A DNA stretch of 64,000 bases from Marinoscillum sp. GTDB taxonomy: Bacteria > Bacteroidota > Bacteroidia > Cytophagales > Cyclobacteriaceae. Under the pieces are notes generated by a model. It was not told where the DNA came from and searched no databases. It was given only the letters and a program-made list of their open reading frames with translations. The stretch's first letter is position 1. Each line of letters opens with the position of its first letter. A program made the translations under genes and the position numbers. The stretch spans positions 17,946 to 81,945 of the forward strand of contig JAVJQA010000035.1 in the NCBI GenBank assembly GCA_040218045.1, given 5' to 3'. Below are positions 49,091-57,839 of the stretch, piece by piece.

Positions 49091-52000
49091 CTACTCTTTG
49101 ATAATTTCGAGAGATGCTTCCTCAACCTTCAAAATGTAAACTCCTGGCTTCAATCCTTCAAGGTCAAGTTCATGACTTGTCCTTCTCGAAAGGGAAAATG
49201 ACCTTATCAATTGACCATTTAGATTAAATAATTCTACCTCACGTTTCTCTTTATTCGAAAAATAGAGAGTGGTACTTGCTCCTGCAGGATTTGGGTATAC
49301 TGTCAAACTTTCGTTTTCTCCCTCACCAAGAGCAATGATCATCAGGGTTTGAGAGACATCTTCTGCCGGGTAGTAATAATCGTCACCTTCCTGGCTTGCT
49401 GTAATTGTGACTGTCCCGATTCCAATTATTTCACCCCTTGATCCATCAATTGCGAATATTCCTTCATCAGAACTCGTGAAAACAATAGGCAGCTTTGAGG
49501 AGGTACTTGCCTCCAGGGAAATTAGTCCGTCATTGCTTTTCTTACTCTCCAGCGGGGCAAAAGTGATTTCCTGCTCTCCTTTATCAATTGTAATCTCCTG
49601 GGCTATAGATGCTTCTAAAAACTCACAATTTCCTTTTTGTGTAGCAGTGATTGTGACAGTTCCTGTTTTGTTGATTGTTGCTTTGTCTCCTGATATTGAT
49701 AATATTTCCGGGTCACTACTTTTGTAAGTTGCTTTAAGCCCTTCCGAGCTGGTAGCAACTAAATGAAAAGGTTCATCCCCAAATGATTTGCCTTCTATTT
49801 GGTCAAATGTCAAAGTTTGTGATAAGGTGCCCGGAATGGGAAGTGCTACATCAGTACTCCACACCCCGCGACCATAGGTAGCCACGAAAACCTTGCCTGT
49901 AGCATATTGCACTTCCACTTCATCAATAATTACATTAGGAAGGCCACTACCGTATGGCTCCCATTGCTCCATCGTATCGTCTTTATAGTAAACTCCTATG
50001 TCGGTGCCAATGAATAGTGAATTACTACAGGAGTTTTGTGATTCTATACAATTAACTGGAATGGAAGGGATTCCAGAGGACACGTTTTGCCATGAGGTGC
50101 CCAAATCATAGGATACATACACTTTGAAGTCTTCCTCTTGATTTGAAAAAGTGGCATAAATAGTTTCAGGATCATTATAGGAAAACTCTGCATCCGTCAT
50201 ATAGTAGCTGGGTAGGCCTTCGGTGATATCCTGCCAGTCAGAACCTTCATTGGTAGTCAAGAATAGTTTTCCTGAGACGGAAGTTAGCAACTGTGAAGGA
50301 AATTCTTGGTGTTGCTTTAAAAATCGAATTGTTTCAGCTGTCTGGAAGTCACTGATTCTTTCCATTGAGGTTCCCTGGTCGGTAGATTTCCAGATGTTTT
50401 GATATCCGAAATAAAGAACTTTATGATCATCAGGATGCATAATGAATGGTGTAATCCATCCGCCTCTTTCTTCAGGATTTTCCACATAATGATCTATAAT
50501 TTCAGCATTTTCCCTAAACCTTATGATACCACCATTTTGGTATTCGGAATACACATAGCTGGGGTCGGTATGGTCTATGAGCCCATCCATACCATCCGCT
50601 CCAAAGATCTGCTTCCATTGATCATTGAATCGATAAAAAGAACCATTGTCCTGAAGGCCGCCCACTACAATTCCAGCATCGGTTGGATGGGTACCGATTC
50701 TGTAGAATTGCCCAATATTTAATCCGAAACTGAGGTTTTCAAAAGTTTCTCCCTGATCTGCTGACATGAAAATACCGCCATCTCCACCAGCATATAATTT
50801 ACCGTTTGCAAAGTCAAGGGTATGATTGTCTGCGTGTACGTAAGGGTACTCAGGGTCATTATAAACCCAGTAGTTTTGTAGTTCCCAGTTAATACCAGCG
50901 TCTGTTGACTTCCAGATGTGAATGCCACTTACATATATTTCATTGGGGTTATCGGGAGATACTGCAATTGAGAGGTCATACCAACCCTGGCCACTATTGT
51001 CTTCCCCGTTTTTTTCATACCCAAAAATATTTGGTGAATTCGATTGAAGCTGCAAAGTGTTCAATTGATCACCAGAGAGAAAAAGCCCACCAAAAGTAGA
51101 GCTGGTGGAAGTTGCTAATATATACACAGAATCGGGACTGTTAGGCGAAACGCCGATCGCTTTCCTACCGAGACGATATCCGAGTGCTATGGAAAATACT
51201 TTCTTAGACCAGGTTAAGCCTCCATCTGTGCTTTTATATGTTGTCAGGTTATTGTTGGATTCTTCCTCCCGACCTACAGCATATACAATTTGGTCATCAG
51301 TTGGATGCATGACAACATCGGTTACATTTTGCTCAAGGGTTAATTCCCAACTTGAACCGCCATCTTTTGAAATATAGATACCATTGCCGCCAACAAGCAT
51401 ATGGTCACCATTAACAGGTGACACTTCTAGTTTGAAGAAGGTTTGATAGTGTGACTTGTCGAATTGCAGGGACATTTGACCCCAAGACAGGCCCCCATCG
51501 GTGGATTTGTACAACCCAACAGAAGGTGTATCATTTCCATAAGCATCTCCTGTTAGAATAATGATGTTGTTGCTATCGTCCGGGTCTATATAAATATCTG
51601 TGATCCCAAGGACAGCCAGCTGATCAGTGGAGGTGCTCCATGACTGGCCACCATCACTTGATTCCCACAATCCACCGGCTGCTGCACCTACAAATATGTG
51701 ATCTTCATCGTTCGGATCTACTGTAATACAATTTAACCTTCCATTTCCAGGACTATAACCATTGGTAGTAACTCCCCATTCATAGGGTCCCATAGCTTGC
51801 CATGTAAACTGGTCTTCCATAAACCTGGAGGATTTAAAATCCTTTTTCAGTTCAAATGTTGTAATCCTTTTCGACCAATCTGATGTCACTGGGATTTGTC
51901 CACTGTGGAGCCTGGGGATCACAAAGTTTTCCCATCGTTTGAACTTTTTTAAATCCGAGTTTTTTCTTCCTGTATCATTCCACCAGATGTAGAATGTTTC

Positions 52001-52123
52001 CCTGATTTTTTCAAAATCACGTTCTCCTTGTACCATTAGATCAAAATGATCTTGCGACAAGACAGGTGAAATGTTTAGAATTGTTAAAAGAAATACACAA
52101 ATGAGGGTTTTTATTGATTTCAT
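49091..52123 (-). CDS. T9SS-secreted BNR/Asp-box (sortilin-like) beta-propeller protein with two Ig-like domains
   Basis: The track ORF starts at 52192; ATG 52123 gives the signal peptide MKSIKTLICVFLLTILNISPVLSQ. Asp-boxes SSDGGQSWS, STDGGLSWG, SKDGGSSWE, STDGGLTWS, STDAGINWE. Ig-like repeats (TVTITATQKGN, TVTITASQEGD). C-terminal sorting domain LTVYPNPAG...GVYILKV. Confidence 0.85.
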   Translation of the reverse strand: MKSIKTLICVFLLTILNISPVLSQDHFDLMVQGERDFEKIRETFYIWWNDTGRKNSDLKKFKRWENFVIPRLHSGQIPVTSDWSKRITTFELKKDFKSSRFMEDQFTWQAMGPYEWGVTTNGYSPGNGRLNCITVDPNDEDHIFVGAAAGGLWESSDGGQSWSTSTDQLAVLGITDIYIDPDDSNNIIILTGDAYGNDTPSVGLYKSTDGGLSWGQMSLQFDKSHYQTFFKLEVSPVNGDHMLVGGNGIYISKDGGSSWELTLEQNVTDVVMHPTDDQIVYAVGREEESNNNLTTYKSTDGGLTWSKKVFSIALGYRLGRKAIGVSPNSPDSVYILATSTSSTFGGLFLSGDQLNTLQLQSNSPNIFGYEKNGEDNSGQGWYDLSIAVSPDNPNEIYVSGIHIWKSTDAGINWELQNYWVYNDPEYPYVHADNHTLDFANGKLYAGGDGGIFMSADQGETFENLSFGLNIGQFYRIGTHPTDAGIVVGGLQDNGSFYRFNDQWKQIFGADGMDGLIDHTDPSYVYSEYQNGGIIRFRENAEIIDHYVENPEERGGWITPFIMHPDDHKVLYFGYQNIWKSTDQGTSMERISDFQTAETIRFLKQHQEFPSQLLTSVSGKLFLTTNEGSDWQDITEGLPSYYMTDAEFSYNDPETIYATFSNQEEDFKVYVSYDLGTSWQNVSSGIPSIPVNCIESQNSCSNSLFIGTDIGVYYKDDTMEQWEPYGSGLPNVIIDEVEVQYATGKVFVATYGRGVWSTDVALPIPGTLSQTLTFDQIEGKSFGDEPFHLVATSSEGLKATYKSSDPEILSISGDKATINKTGTVTITATQKGNCEFLEASIAQEITIDKGEQEITFAPLESKKSNDGLISLEASTSSKLPIVFTSSDEGIFAIDGSRGEIIGIGTVTITASQEGDDYYYPAEDVSQTLMIIALGEGENESLTVYPNPAGASTTLYFSNKEKREVELFNLNGQLIRSFSLSRRTSHELDLEGLKPGVYILKVEEASLEIIKE

Positions 52124-52562
52124 GGTGGTGGCGGTTATCCTTGGGTTGGTAAGTTGTAAGAGTGCAAGTACTATGCAAGGGACAGATGTCATAGCAAAGA
52201 CTCGTATCTCTCAAAGCAAGATAGTGGTTTCGCTGAGAAATTCCTCAGATCAGATTATGGTATTTCCTGGTGTCAGAGCTGACTATATTGAGCTACTTGT
52301 TGATAATCAATGGGAGCGTCTGCCTTACACTTCTTGTGAATGTGGTGTGCCTTGTTCACCAGCTATTCCTCAGACAGTTAAAAGTGGAGCCACGATGGAG
52401 TTCTTTTGGGATATGTATGCACGCGTCTGTAACGGGACTGAACCTATTGAAACCCTTCAAACAAAGGGATCTTATAGAATAAAATTTGATTACCAGCTCC
52501 TTGATAAAGGCATGATTGTTAAGTCTTCAAGTATTTGGGTGAAATTTGACCTTCCGATATAG
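52101..52562 (+). CDS. hypothetical lipoprotein
   Basis: Lipoprotein-type signal MRVFIDFMVVAVILGLVSCKS. Start ambiguous (52071, 52101 or 52122). Cys-containing small beta-rich protein. Confidence 0.5.
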   Translation: MRVFIDFMVVAVILGLVSCKSASTMQGTDVIAKTRISQSKIVVSLRNSSDQIMVFPGVRADYIELLVDNQWERLPYTSCECGVPCSPAIPQTVKSGATMEFFWDMYARVCNGTEPIETLQTKGSYRIKFDYQLLDKGMIVKSSSIWVKFDLPI

Positions 52563-53906
52563 CTATTTACCTGTATAATTAAATGGAGTAATTTCCATGA
52601 GCTCAGCTTTGATTTCACCAGATACATCCAGTTCTGAAATAAATATGTGGAGTGTATCTTTAGTGATTTTATCACCAGTTCTTGTAAGTGCCTTTAATGC
52701 TTCATAAGGATTAGGGTAAGCTTCGCGGCGGAGTATAGTCTGGATGGCCTCAGCGGCAACTGCCCAATTGTCGTCCAAATCTTTATGAATGGCTACTTCG
52801 TTTATTTCAAGCTTGTTGATCCCCTTTTTGAGGGAAGCAAAGGCAATTAAAGTATGAGCAAACGGTACCCCAATATTTCTTAAAACTGTAGAGTCTGTCA
52901 GGTCTCTCTGTAGCCTGGAGACTGGTAGTTTGGCACTTAAGTGTTCAAATAGAGCATTGGCAATCCCTAAATTTCCCTCTGCATTTTCAAAATCGATAGG
53001 ATTTACCTTGTGCGGCATAGCAGAAGACCCAACTTCATTAGGGTTTATTTTTTGCTTGAAGTAGTTCATTGACACATATTGCCAAACATCTTTACTGAAG
53101 TCAAGAAGTATGGTGTTGATTCTTTTGACGGCATCAAAAAGTGCTGCAAAATGATCATAGTGTTCGATCTGAGTGGTTGGGTAGCTTCTTTTGAGTCCCA
53201 ATTTTTCCCCCACGAATTTATCTCCAAATTGGTGCCAATCATTGTTAGGATATGCCACGAAATGTGCATTGAAGTTTCCAGTTGCTCCACCAAACTTGGC
53301 AGCAAATGGAATGCTCTCAAACAGGATAAATTGTTCTTTAAGCCGACTAACGAAGACCTCCAACTCTTTTCCTAAACGGGTAGGAGAGGCTGGTTGGCCA
53401 TGCGTTTTCGCAAGCATTGGGATATCGCTCCATTCGTTTGCTACTTTACTTATCAAATTGATTAATTCCTGTAGTAGTGGAGTAAACACCTCGTCAATGG
53501 CATCTTTTGCAGAGAGCGGAATGGATGTATTGTTGATGTCTTGAGATGTAAGCCCGAAGTGAATGAACTCCTTAAAACCTGATAAACCCAACGCATCGAA
53601 CTTTTCTTTAATAAAGTACTCAACAGCCTTTACATCATGGTTGGTCACCTTTTCTATTTCCTTGATTTTCAAAGCGTCTTGCTCAGTAAAGTCAAGATAA
53701 ATGCGTTTCAGGGCATCAAATTTTGAAGAGTCCACTTGAGATAATTGTGGCAGGGGAATTTCGCAAAGTGAAATGAAGTAGAGCACCTCAACCTGAATGC
53801 GATATTTTATAAGGGCGAATTCAGAAAAATATGGAGCCAGTGAGCTGACTTTGGATCTGTATCGTCCGTCAATGGGGGAAATCGCTGTAAGATCGTTGAG
53901 TTGCAT
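52563..53906 (-). CDS. purB: adenylosuccinate lyase
   Basis: 447 aa. Fumarate-lyase signature SSAMPHKVNP and the purB-typical N-terminus LTAISPIDGRY. Confidence 0.95.
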   Translation of the reverse strand: MQLNDLTAISPIDGRYRSKVSSLAPYFSEFALIKYRIQVEVLYFISLCEIPLPQLSQVDSSKFDALKRIYLDFTEQDALKIKEIEKVTNHDVKAVEYFIKEKFDALGLSGFKEFIHFGLTSQDINNTSIPLSAKDAIDEVFTPLLQELINLISKVANEWSDIPMLAKTHGQPASPTRLGKELEVFVSRLKEQFILFESIPFAAKFGGATGNFNAHFVAYPNNDWHQFGDKFVGEKLGLKRSYPTTQIEHYDHFAALFDAVKRINTILLDFSKDVWQYVSMNYFKQKINPNEVGSSAMPHKVNPIDFENAEGNLGIANALFEHLSAKLPVSRLQRDLTDSTVLRNIGVPFAHTLIAFASLKKGINKLEINEVAIHKDLDDNWAVAAEAIQTILRREAYPNPYEALKALTRTGDKITKDTLHIFISELDVSGEIKAELMEITPFNYTGK

Positions 53907-54120
53907 GAATCAGAATTTTTTGGAGGTGCAAAAATAGCTGATTAAGATAATCTGTGAGTATAAAAGTCTTTTAAAAAGATGTTTTTCTTATCGTTATCGG
54001 AACTAAAGATTGATTTAGTCTCTTTAAGAAAAATATGCCTTGGAGCATATTTTAGGGTAAACTTGTCAGGGAAACTTGAGAGATTTACCTTTGCCCGACT
54101 TTTAAAAAAATGGATTAAAT

Positions 54121-55212
54121 ATGGTCTTTGGAATTTTCAAAAAGAAAAAATCAAAATCAGACGAACGTTATCAGGATTTAGTGATCAGGGAAGTAGTGCA
54201 GATTGCCAAAGAAGCTGTGAATCTGGTGTTTGAAAGACCCGAAGAACCTTTTAATTACAAGCCCGGTCAATTCATTACGATCATCAAAGAAATTGACGGA
54301 AAAAAGGTAAGAAGGGCATACTCATTGTGCACCACACCATTTGAAGACCAATATCCGGCTGTCACTGTAAAACGTGTTCCTGGTGGAATCATGTCCAACC
54401 ACATCAACGATGACTTTAAGGCGGGAGATGTAGTAGAGATCATGGAGCCTATGGGCATGTTTACCACTGACTATGATCAATCTAATGAGCGTCAGGTGGT
54501 CTTTTTAGGTGGTGGTAGTGGGATTACCCCACTGTACTCTCTGCTGAGGTCTGTGCTTATCAAAGAACCGAAGAGTAAAGTTGCCTTGGTTTATGGCAAT
54601 AGAAGTGAAGAATATATTGTATTCAAAGACGCATTGGAAGGCCTGAAAAAGGCTTATGGAGGCAGGATAGAGGTTGTGCACATCCTTGAAGATAATTCAA
54701 GTGAATATGCAGCTCATTCAGGTAGGCCTACAGCCGAAACCATGCGGGACATAGTAGATGGATTGTCCATCTCAAGTAAAACTGAGTTTTTCATCTGTGG
54801 CCCTGAACCCATGATGGATATAGCCAGCAAAGGTCTGAAGTTGCTCGGAATTGCCGATCAAAATATACGACAAGAAAGTTTTGATTCAGGGAAGACATCT
54901 CCTTCAGTGAAGGCTGAAACGAAAAGTAAGAGTAATAATACGAGTGAAGTTACAATCTTAATGGATGGTCAGGAGTATGTGCTCAACGTAGACAGGGATA
55001 CACCTATCTTAGATGCTGGTCTTGATGAGGAAATTGATATGCCTTATTCATGTCAAAGTGGCCTGTGTACCGCTTGCCGTGCCAAGTGTCTGGAGGGAGA
55101 AGTGGACCAGGAAGACGCGGAGGGCTTGAGCCAGTCTGAGAGTGACGAAGGATACGTGCTTCTATGTATTGGAAAACCTCTTTCTGATAAAGTGAAAGTA
55201 GAGGTAGGTTAA
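54121..55212 (+). CDS. ferredoxin-NAD(P) reductase-type flavoprotein fused to a plant-type 2Fe-2S ferredoxin domain
   Basis: 363 aa. FAD motif RAYSL, NAD motif GGGSGITP, and C-terminal CQSGLCTACRAKC. Confidence 0.85.
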   Translation: MVFGIFKKKKSKSDERYQDLVIREVVQIAKEAVNLVFERPEEPFNYKPGQFITIIKEIDGKKVRRAYSLCTTPFEDQYPAVTVKRVPGGIMSNHINDDFKAGDVVEIMEPMGMFTTDYDQSNERQVVFLGGGSGITPLYSLLRSVLIKEPKSKVALVYGNRSEEYIVFKDALEGLKKAYGGRIEVVHILEDNSSEYAAHSGRPTAETMRDIVDGLSISSKTEFFICGPEPMMDIASKGLKLLGIADQNIRQESFDSGKTSPSVKAETKSKSNNTSEVTILMDGQEYVLNVDRDTPILDAGLDEEIDMPYSCQSGLCTACRAKCLEGEVDQEDAEGLSQSESDEGYVLLCIGKPLSDKVKVEVG

Positions 55213-55382
55213 GATTTATCTTGGGATCCTTTTTTTGGAAGTCTTCCAGATTCCTTCAATGCTTTATTGATCATCCATTCCAGCTGGCCGTTTGTGCTTC
55301 TAAACTCGTCGGCTGCCCATTTTTCAATAGCTTTGAGCGTATCTTCATCTATTCTTAACGCAAATGGTTTCTTTTTTGCCAT
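55209..55382 (-). CDS. 57-aa ribbon-helix-helix (Arc/CopG-like) DNA-binding protein
   Basis: Not in the track (<60 aa). Hand translation: MAKKKPFALRIDEDTLKAIEKWAADEFRSTNGQLEWMINKALKESGRLPKKGSQDKS. A basic N-terminal strand (FALRI) plus two helices. The ATG lies 3 nt after the stop of the upstream gene. Confidence 0.6.
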   Translation of the reverse strand: MAKKKPFALRIDEDTLKAIEKWAADEFRSTNGQLEWMINKALKESGRLPKKGSQDKS

Positions 55383-55385
55383 AGC

Positions 55386-55925
55386 TTAATGCATTCCCCA
55401 TTTCTCCTTCAATTGTTTCACTACCTGATCAAGTTCCGCTGGTTTCTGTGTCCCCAAAAGTAGTTTCTTCCCATCTTTGTATTCAACCTGAAGTCCGTAT
55501 TTTCCTTGCACATTTAGTGCCTTTCCATTTCTAAAACTTCGTCTGTATCCCCAGCCTCCATACTCCAGAATGGGGCTATACTTGCGAACACTCATCGATA
55601 TAAGGTCAGATTTTGATATAGATCTTTTTGATGACACAAAAGGAAAATATGTGTAGTAGAGACCAGCTTCGTCGATCTCTACTACCATTTTAATAAGTGA
55701 AAGCAACCAGAAGACACCTCCTAAGACTATTAGAGCAATTATAATAGCGATCATGGATTCAGAATCTTCTGGTTGGATACTTTGAAATGCCTGAACCCCG
55801 AAGATCATCAATAGCTTTCCAAGGATCAATCCACCAATAATCGCAACAATGAGTATTGTTTGCAGCCACCAAAAAAATGTGCCTTTAAAGGTTTGCGTTT
55901 CCTTAAATAATACTCTCCCTTTCAT
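55386..55925 (-). CDS. membrane protein with two TM helices and a C-terminal PH-like beta-rich domain
   Basis: 179 aa. TM helices at FFWWLQTILIVAIIGGLILG and IAIIIALIVLGGVFWLLSLI. The soluble tail (LYYTYFPFVSSKRSISKSDL...YGLQVEYKDGKKLLLG) resembles bacterial PH domains. Pattern-level call. Confidence 0.45.
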   Translation of the reverse strand: MKGRVLFKETQTFKGTFFWWLQTILIVAIIGGLILGKLLMIFGVQAFQSIQPEDSESMIAIIIALIVLGGVFWLLSLIKMVVEIDEAGLYYTYFPFVSSKRSISKSDLISMSVRKYSPILEYGGWGYRRSFRNGKALNVQGKYGLQVEYKDGKKLLLGTQKPAELDQVVKQLKEKWGMH

Positions 55926-55926
55926 G

Positions 55927-56784
55927 TTAATGATGTAATGTTCCTGAGTTTACGACTGGAGACACATCTTTATCGGCACAAAGTACGACCATTAGGTTAC
56001 TGATCATTGCCGCTTTCCGTTCTTCATCAAACTCAATGATTCCTTTTTTGGTAATCTGATCAAGGGCCATTTCTACCATACTCACTGCTCCTTCTACTAT
56101 TTTGTGCCTGGCTGCTACTATTGCCGTCGCCTGCTGCCTGCGTAACATCGCTCCTGCGATTTCCTCCGCATAGGCCAAATAACCAATCCTGGCTTCCTGA
56201 ATCTCGATACCAGCGATGGCCAATCGCTCCTCGATCTCTCTTTCCAAATGCTCGTTAACTTCATCCAAACCAGATCTCAAAGTGATTTCTGCCTGTTCGT
56301 CATCAAAGTTGTCATAAGGGTAGCTTCCTGCTAGTTTTCGTACCGCCGCATCAGTTTGCACCCGCACGAAATTTTCATAGTCGTCCACTTCAAAAGCGGC
56401 TGAAAACGTATCCCTAACTTTCCAGACCAGAATAACCGAAATCAGAATAGGGTTACCCAGGCTGTCATTCACCTTTACCCTTTCACTGTCAAAGTTTCTG
56501 GCTCGCAGGGAGATTTTCTTTTTGTAATAAAATGGGTTAACCCAAAAGAACCCATTGGCCTTTACCGTTCCAATATATTTCCCAAACAACACGAGTACCC
56601 GGGAACCATTCGGATTGACGAAGAAAAAACCTGGGATCATTAGTACTCCTAGAAATAAGGTAATACCAAAGAATCCATTTTTTGATGCCGCAATGAGGCC
56701 TAATGAACCCACCAGCAGGATCGAACAAAATATGAGTCCAATGTATCCTGATAATGGAGTGATAGATTTTTCTTGAGATTCCAT
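55927..56784 (-). CDS. SPFH/band-7 domain membrane protein
   Basis: The track ORF starts at TTG 56793; ATG 56784 (MESQEKS) is more likely. N-terminal TM helices, then SPFH-like VLVLFGKYIGTVKANGFFWVNPFY...NPILISVILVWKV and a coiled-coil/Ala-rich tail AGAMLRRQQATAIVAAR. Confidence 0.8.
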   Translation of the reverse strand: MESQEKSITPLSGYIGLIFCSILLVGSLGLIAASKNGFFGITLFLGVLMIPGFFFVNPNGSRVLVLFGKYIGTVKANGFFWVNPFYYKKKISLRARNFDSERVKVNDSLGNPILISVILVWKVRDTFSAAFEVDDYENFVRVQTDAAVRKLAGSYPYDNFDDEQAEITLRSGLDEVNEHLEREIEERLAIAGIEIQEARIGYLAYAEEIAGAMLRRQQATAIVAARHKIVEGAVSMVEMALDQITKKGIIEFDEERKAAMISNLMVVLCADKDVSPVVNSGTLHH

Positions 56785-56812
56785 GATTAGCAAATTTAAG
56801 GTAAGTTTAAAG

Positions 56813-56840
56813 TGATATTAAAATGATATCATATTAAAAT
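56813..56840. promoter_or_regulatory. candidate operator upstream of the SPFH operon
   Basis: TGATATTAAAATGATATCATATTAAAAT contains the 10-bp palindrome ATGATATCAT (56823-56832). TGATAT occurs twice 11 bp apart and ATATTAAAAT twice 16 bp apart. It lies 29-56 nt upstream of ATG 56784. Confidence 0.35.
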
Positions 56841-56914
56841 ACGGAATACGATTAAAAAAGGTTTTGTTGCTTAATGTTTTAATTTTGGTCTCGACTTAGA
56901 ATTGAATTAACTGA

Positions 56915-57409
56915 ATGCCTGATTCTTATAATAAATGGGAGCGGTTTTATCATCGCCTGAACTTGATTTTTAATGGAATTGTAGCGATCACTTTGATTCC
57001 TTTTGCTTTTATCTTCTTGGAGACTCAGACGGATTTCCCTGATCCTCCAGCCATAGATGGGAGTATGGAGATGGTCGTGAAGGTTTTATTGATAGTGCTC
57101 GCTGCTGCTATTATTGGATTGGCTCAGGTGTATGCTAAAAAATCCTTGATCAGTGTTCAGCAAACAGAAGGTCTAGGAGAGCGGCTCAATGCATATCTAA
57201 AGGTGAAAGTCCGGTCATATGCGATATTGGAATTCGCTGCATTACTTGCATGTCTCGGCTTATTTCTAACAAAAGATCAAATATTCTCATTTGTTTATGT
57301 CTTTGTACTTTTCATTTTTTCACTTGGAAGGCCAACTTTTGAGCGGGTGGCCAGAGAAGTAAAAGTTTCTGAAAAAAAGCTAAAAGAGTGGGGTGAGGCT
57401 AGTATCTAA
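56915..57409 (+). CDS. hypothetical 4-TM membrane protein
   Basis: 164 aa, four hydrophobic helices, C-terminal amphipathic tail RPTFERVAREVKVSEKKLKEWGE. Confidence 0.6.
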   Translation: MPDSYNKWERFYHRLNLIFNGIVAITLIPFAFIFLETQTDFPDPPAIDGSMEMVVKVLLIVLAAAIIGLAQVYAKKSLISVQQTEGLGERLNAYLKVKVRSYAILEFAALLACLGLFLTKDQIFSFVYVFVLFIFSLGRPTFERVAREVKVSEKKLKEWGEASI

Positions 57410-57478
57410 TCGAAATTAAATTGGGTTTTATTGTAAAAAGCTCTTTCTTGTTTCATTATTCAGAAAACCGCCAAATCA

Positions 57479-57820
57479 ATGAAAATCCAACTGATCTTTT
57501 TGGTTCTTTGCATTTGTTTCTCATGTAAAGTCAAATCATCAAAACAAGCTGACAAGTTAAATTCACCTGAGATAAAGCAGAGCCAGATAAATCCTGATGA
57601 ATGTTTGATTCATGGAGTAATATTAAGTGCAGACTCATCTTCAGCTCAGATTGTAATAAGCCATGTAAAAGAGCGTGGCTTCAGCTTTAAACAGAATATC
57701 AGAGCTGGAGATACTATCAAAGTAGTTGGCAAAATCACTAATTCTACTGAATCGGAGAGCTTTGTGCTCGAATATGTTAACCAACCTGGAGGAGGCTATT
57801 ACTCCTTTATCAATCAATAA
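57479..57820 (+). CDS. hypothetical small lipoprotein
   Basis: 113 aa with signal/lipobox LCICFSCK. Lies 19 nt upstream of the giant adhesin gene. Confidence 0.55.
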   Translation: MKIQLIFLVLCICFSCKVKSSKQADKLNSPEIKQSQINPDECLIHGVILSADSSSAQIVISHVKERGFSFKQNIRAGDTIKVVGKITNSTESESFVLEYVNQPGGGYYSFINQ

Positions 57821-57839
57821 ACACCAAGCCTAATAAATT

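Noticed and set aside
52124-52192. The 23-codon N-terminal extension of the BNR protein (track start at ATG 52192).
   Set aside because: The extension would bury the obvious signal peptide MKSIKTLICVFLL... internally. The downstream ATG 52123 gives a canonical secretion signal.
53979-54233. 84-aa plus-strand ORF overlapping the 5' end of the ferredoxin-reductase gene.
   Set aside because: It is out of frame with, and overlaps, a well-supported gene. It has no motif and is most likely spurious.
55386-55925. The 179-aa membrane protein as the NfeD partner of the SPFH protein.
   Set aside because: It is encoded downstream of the SPFH gene, not upstream. The soluble tail looks PH-like (strand-rich with a terminal helix), without the short OB-fold of NfeD. 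It cannot be settled by eye, so it is reported only as PH-like.
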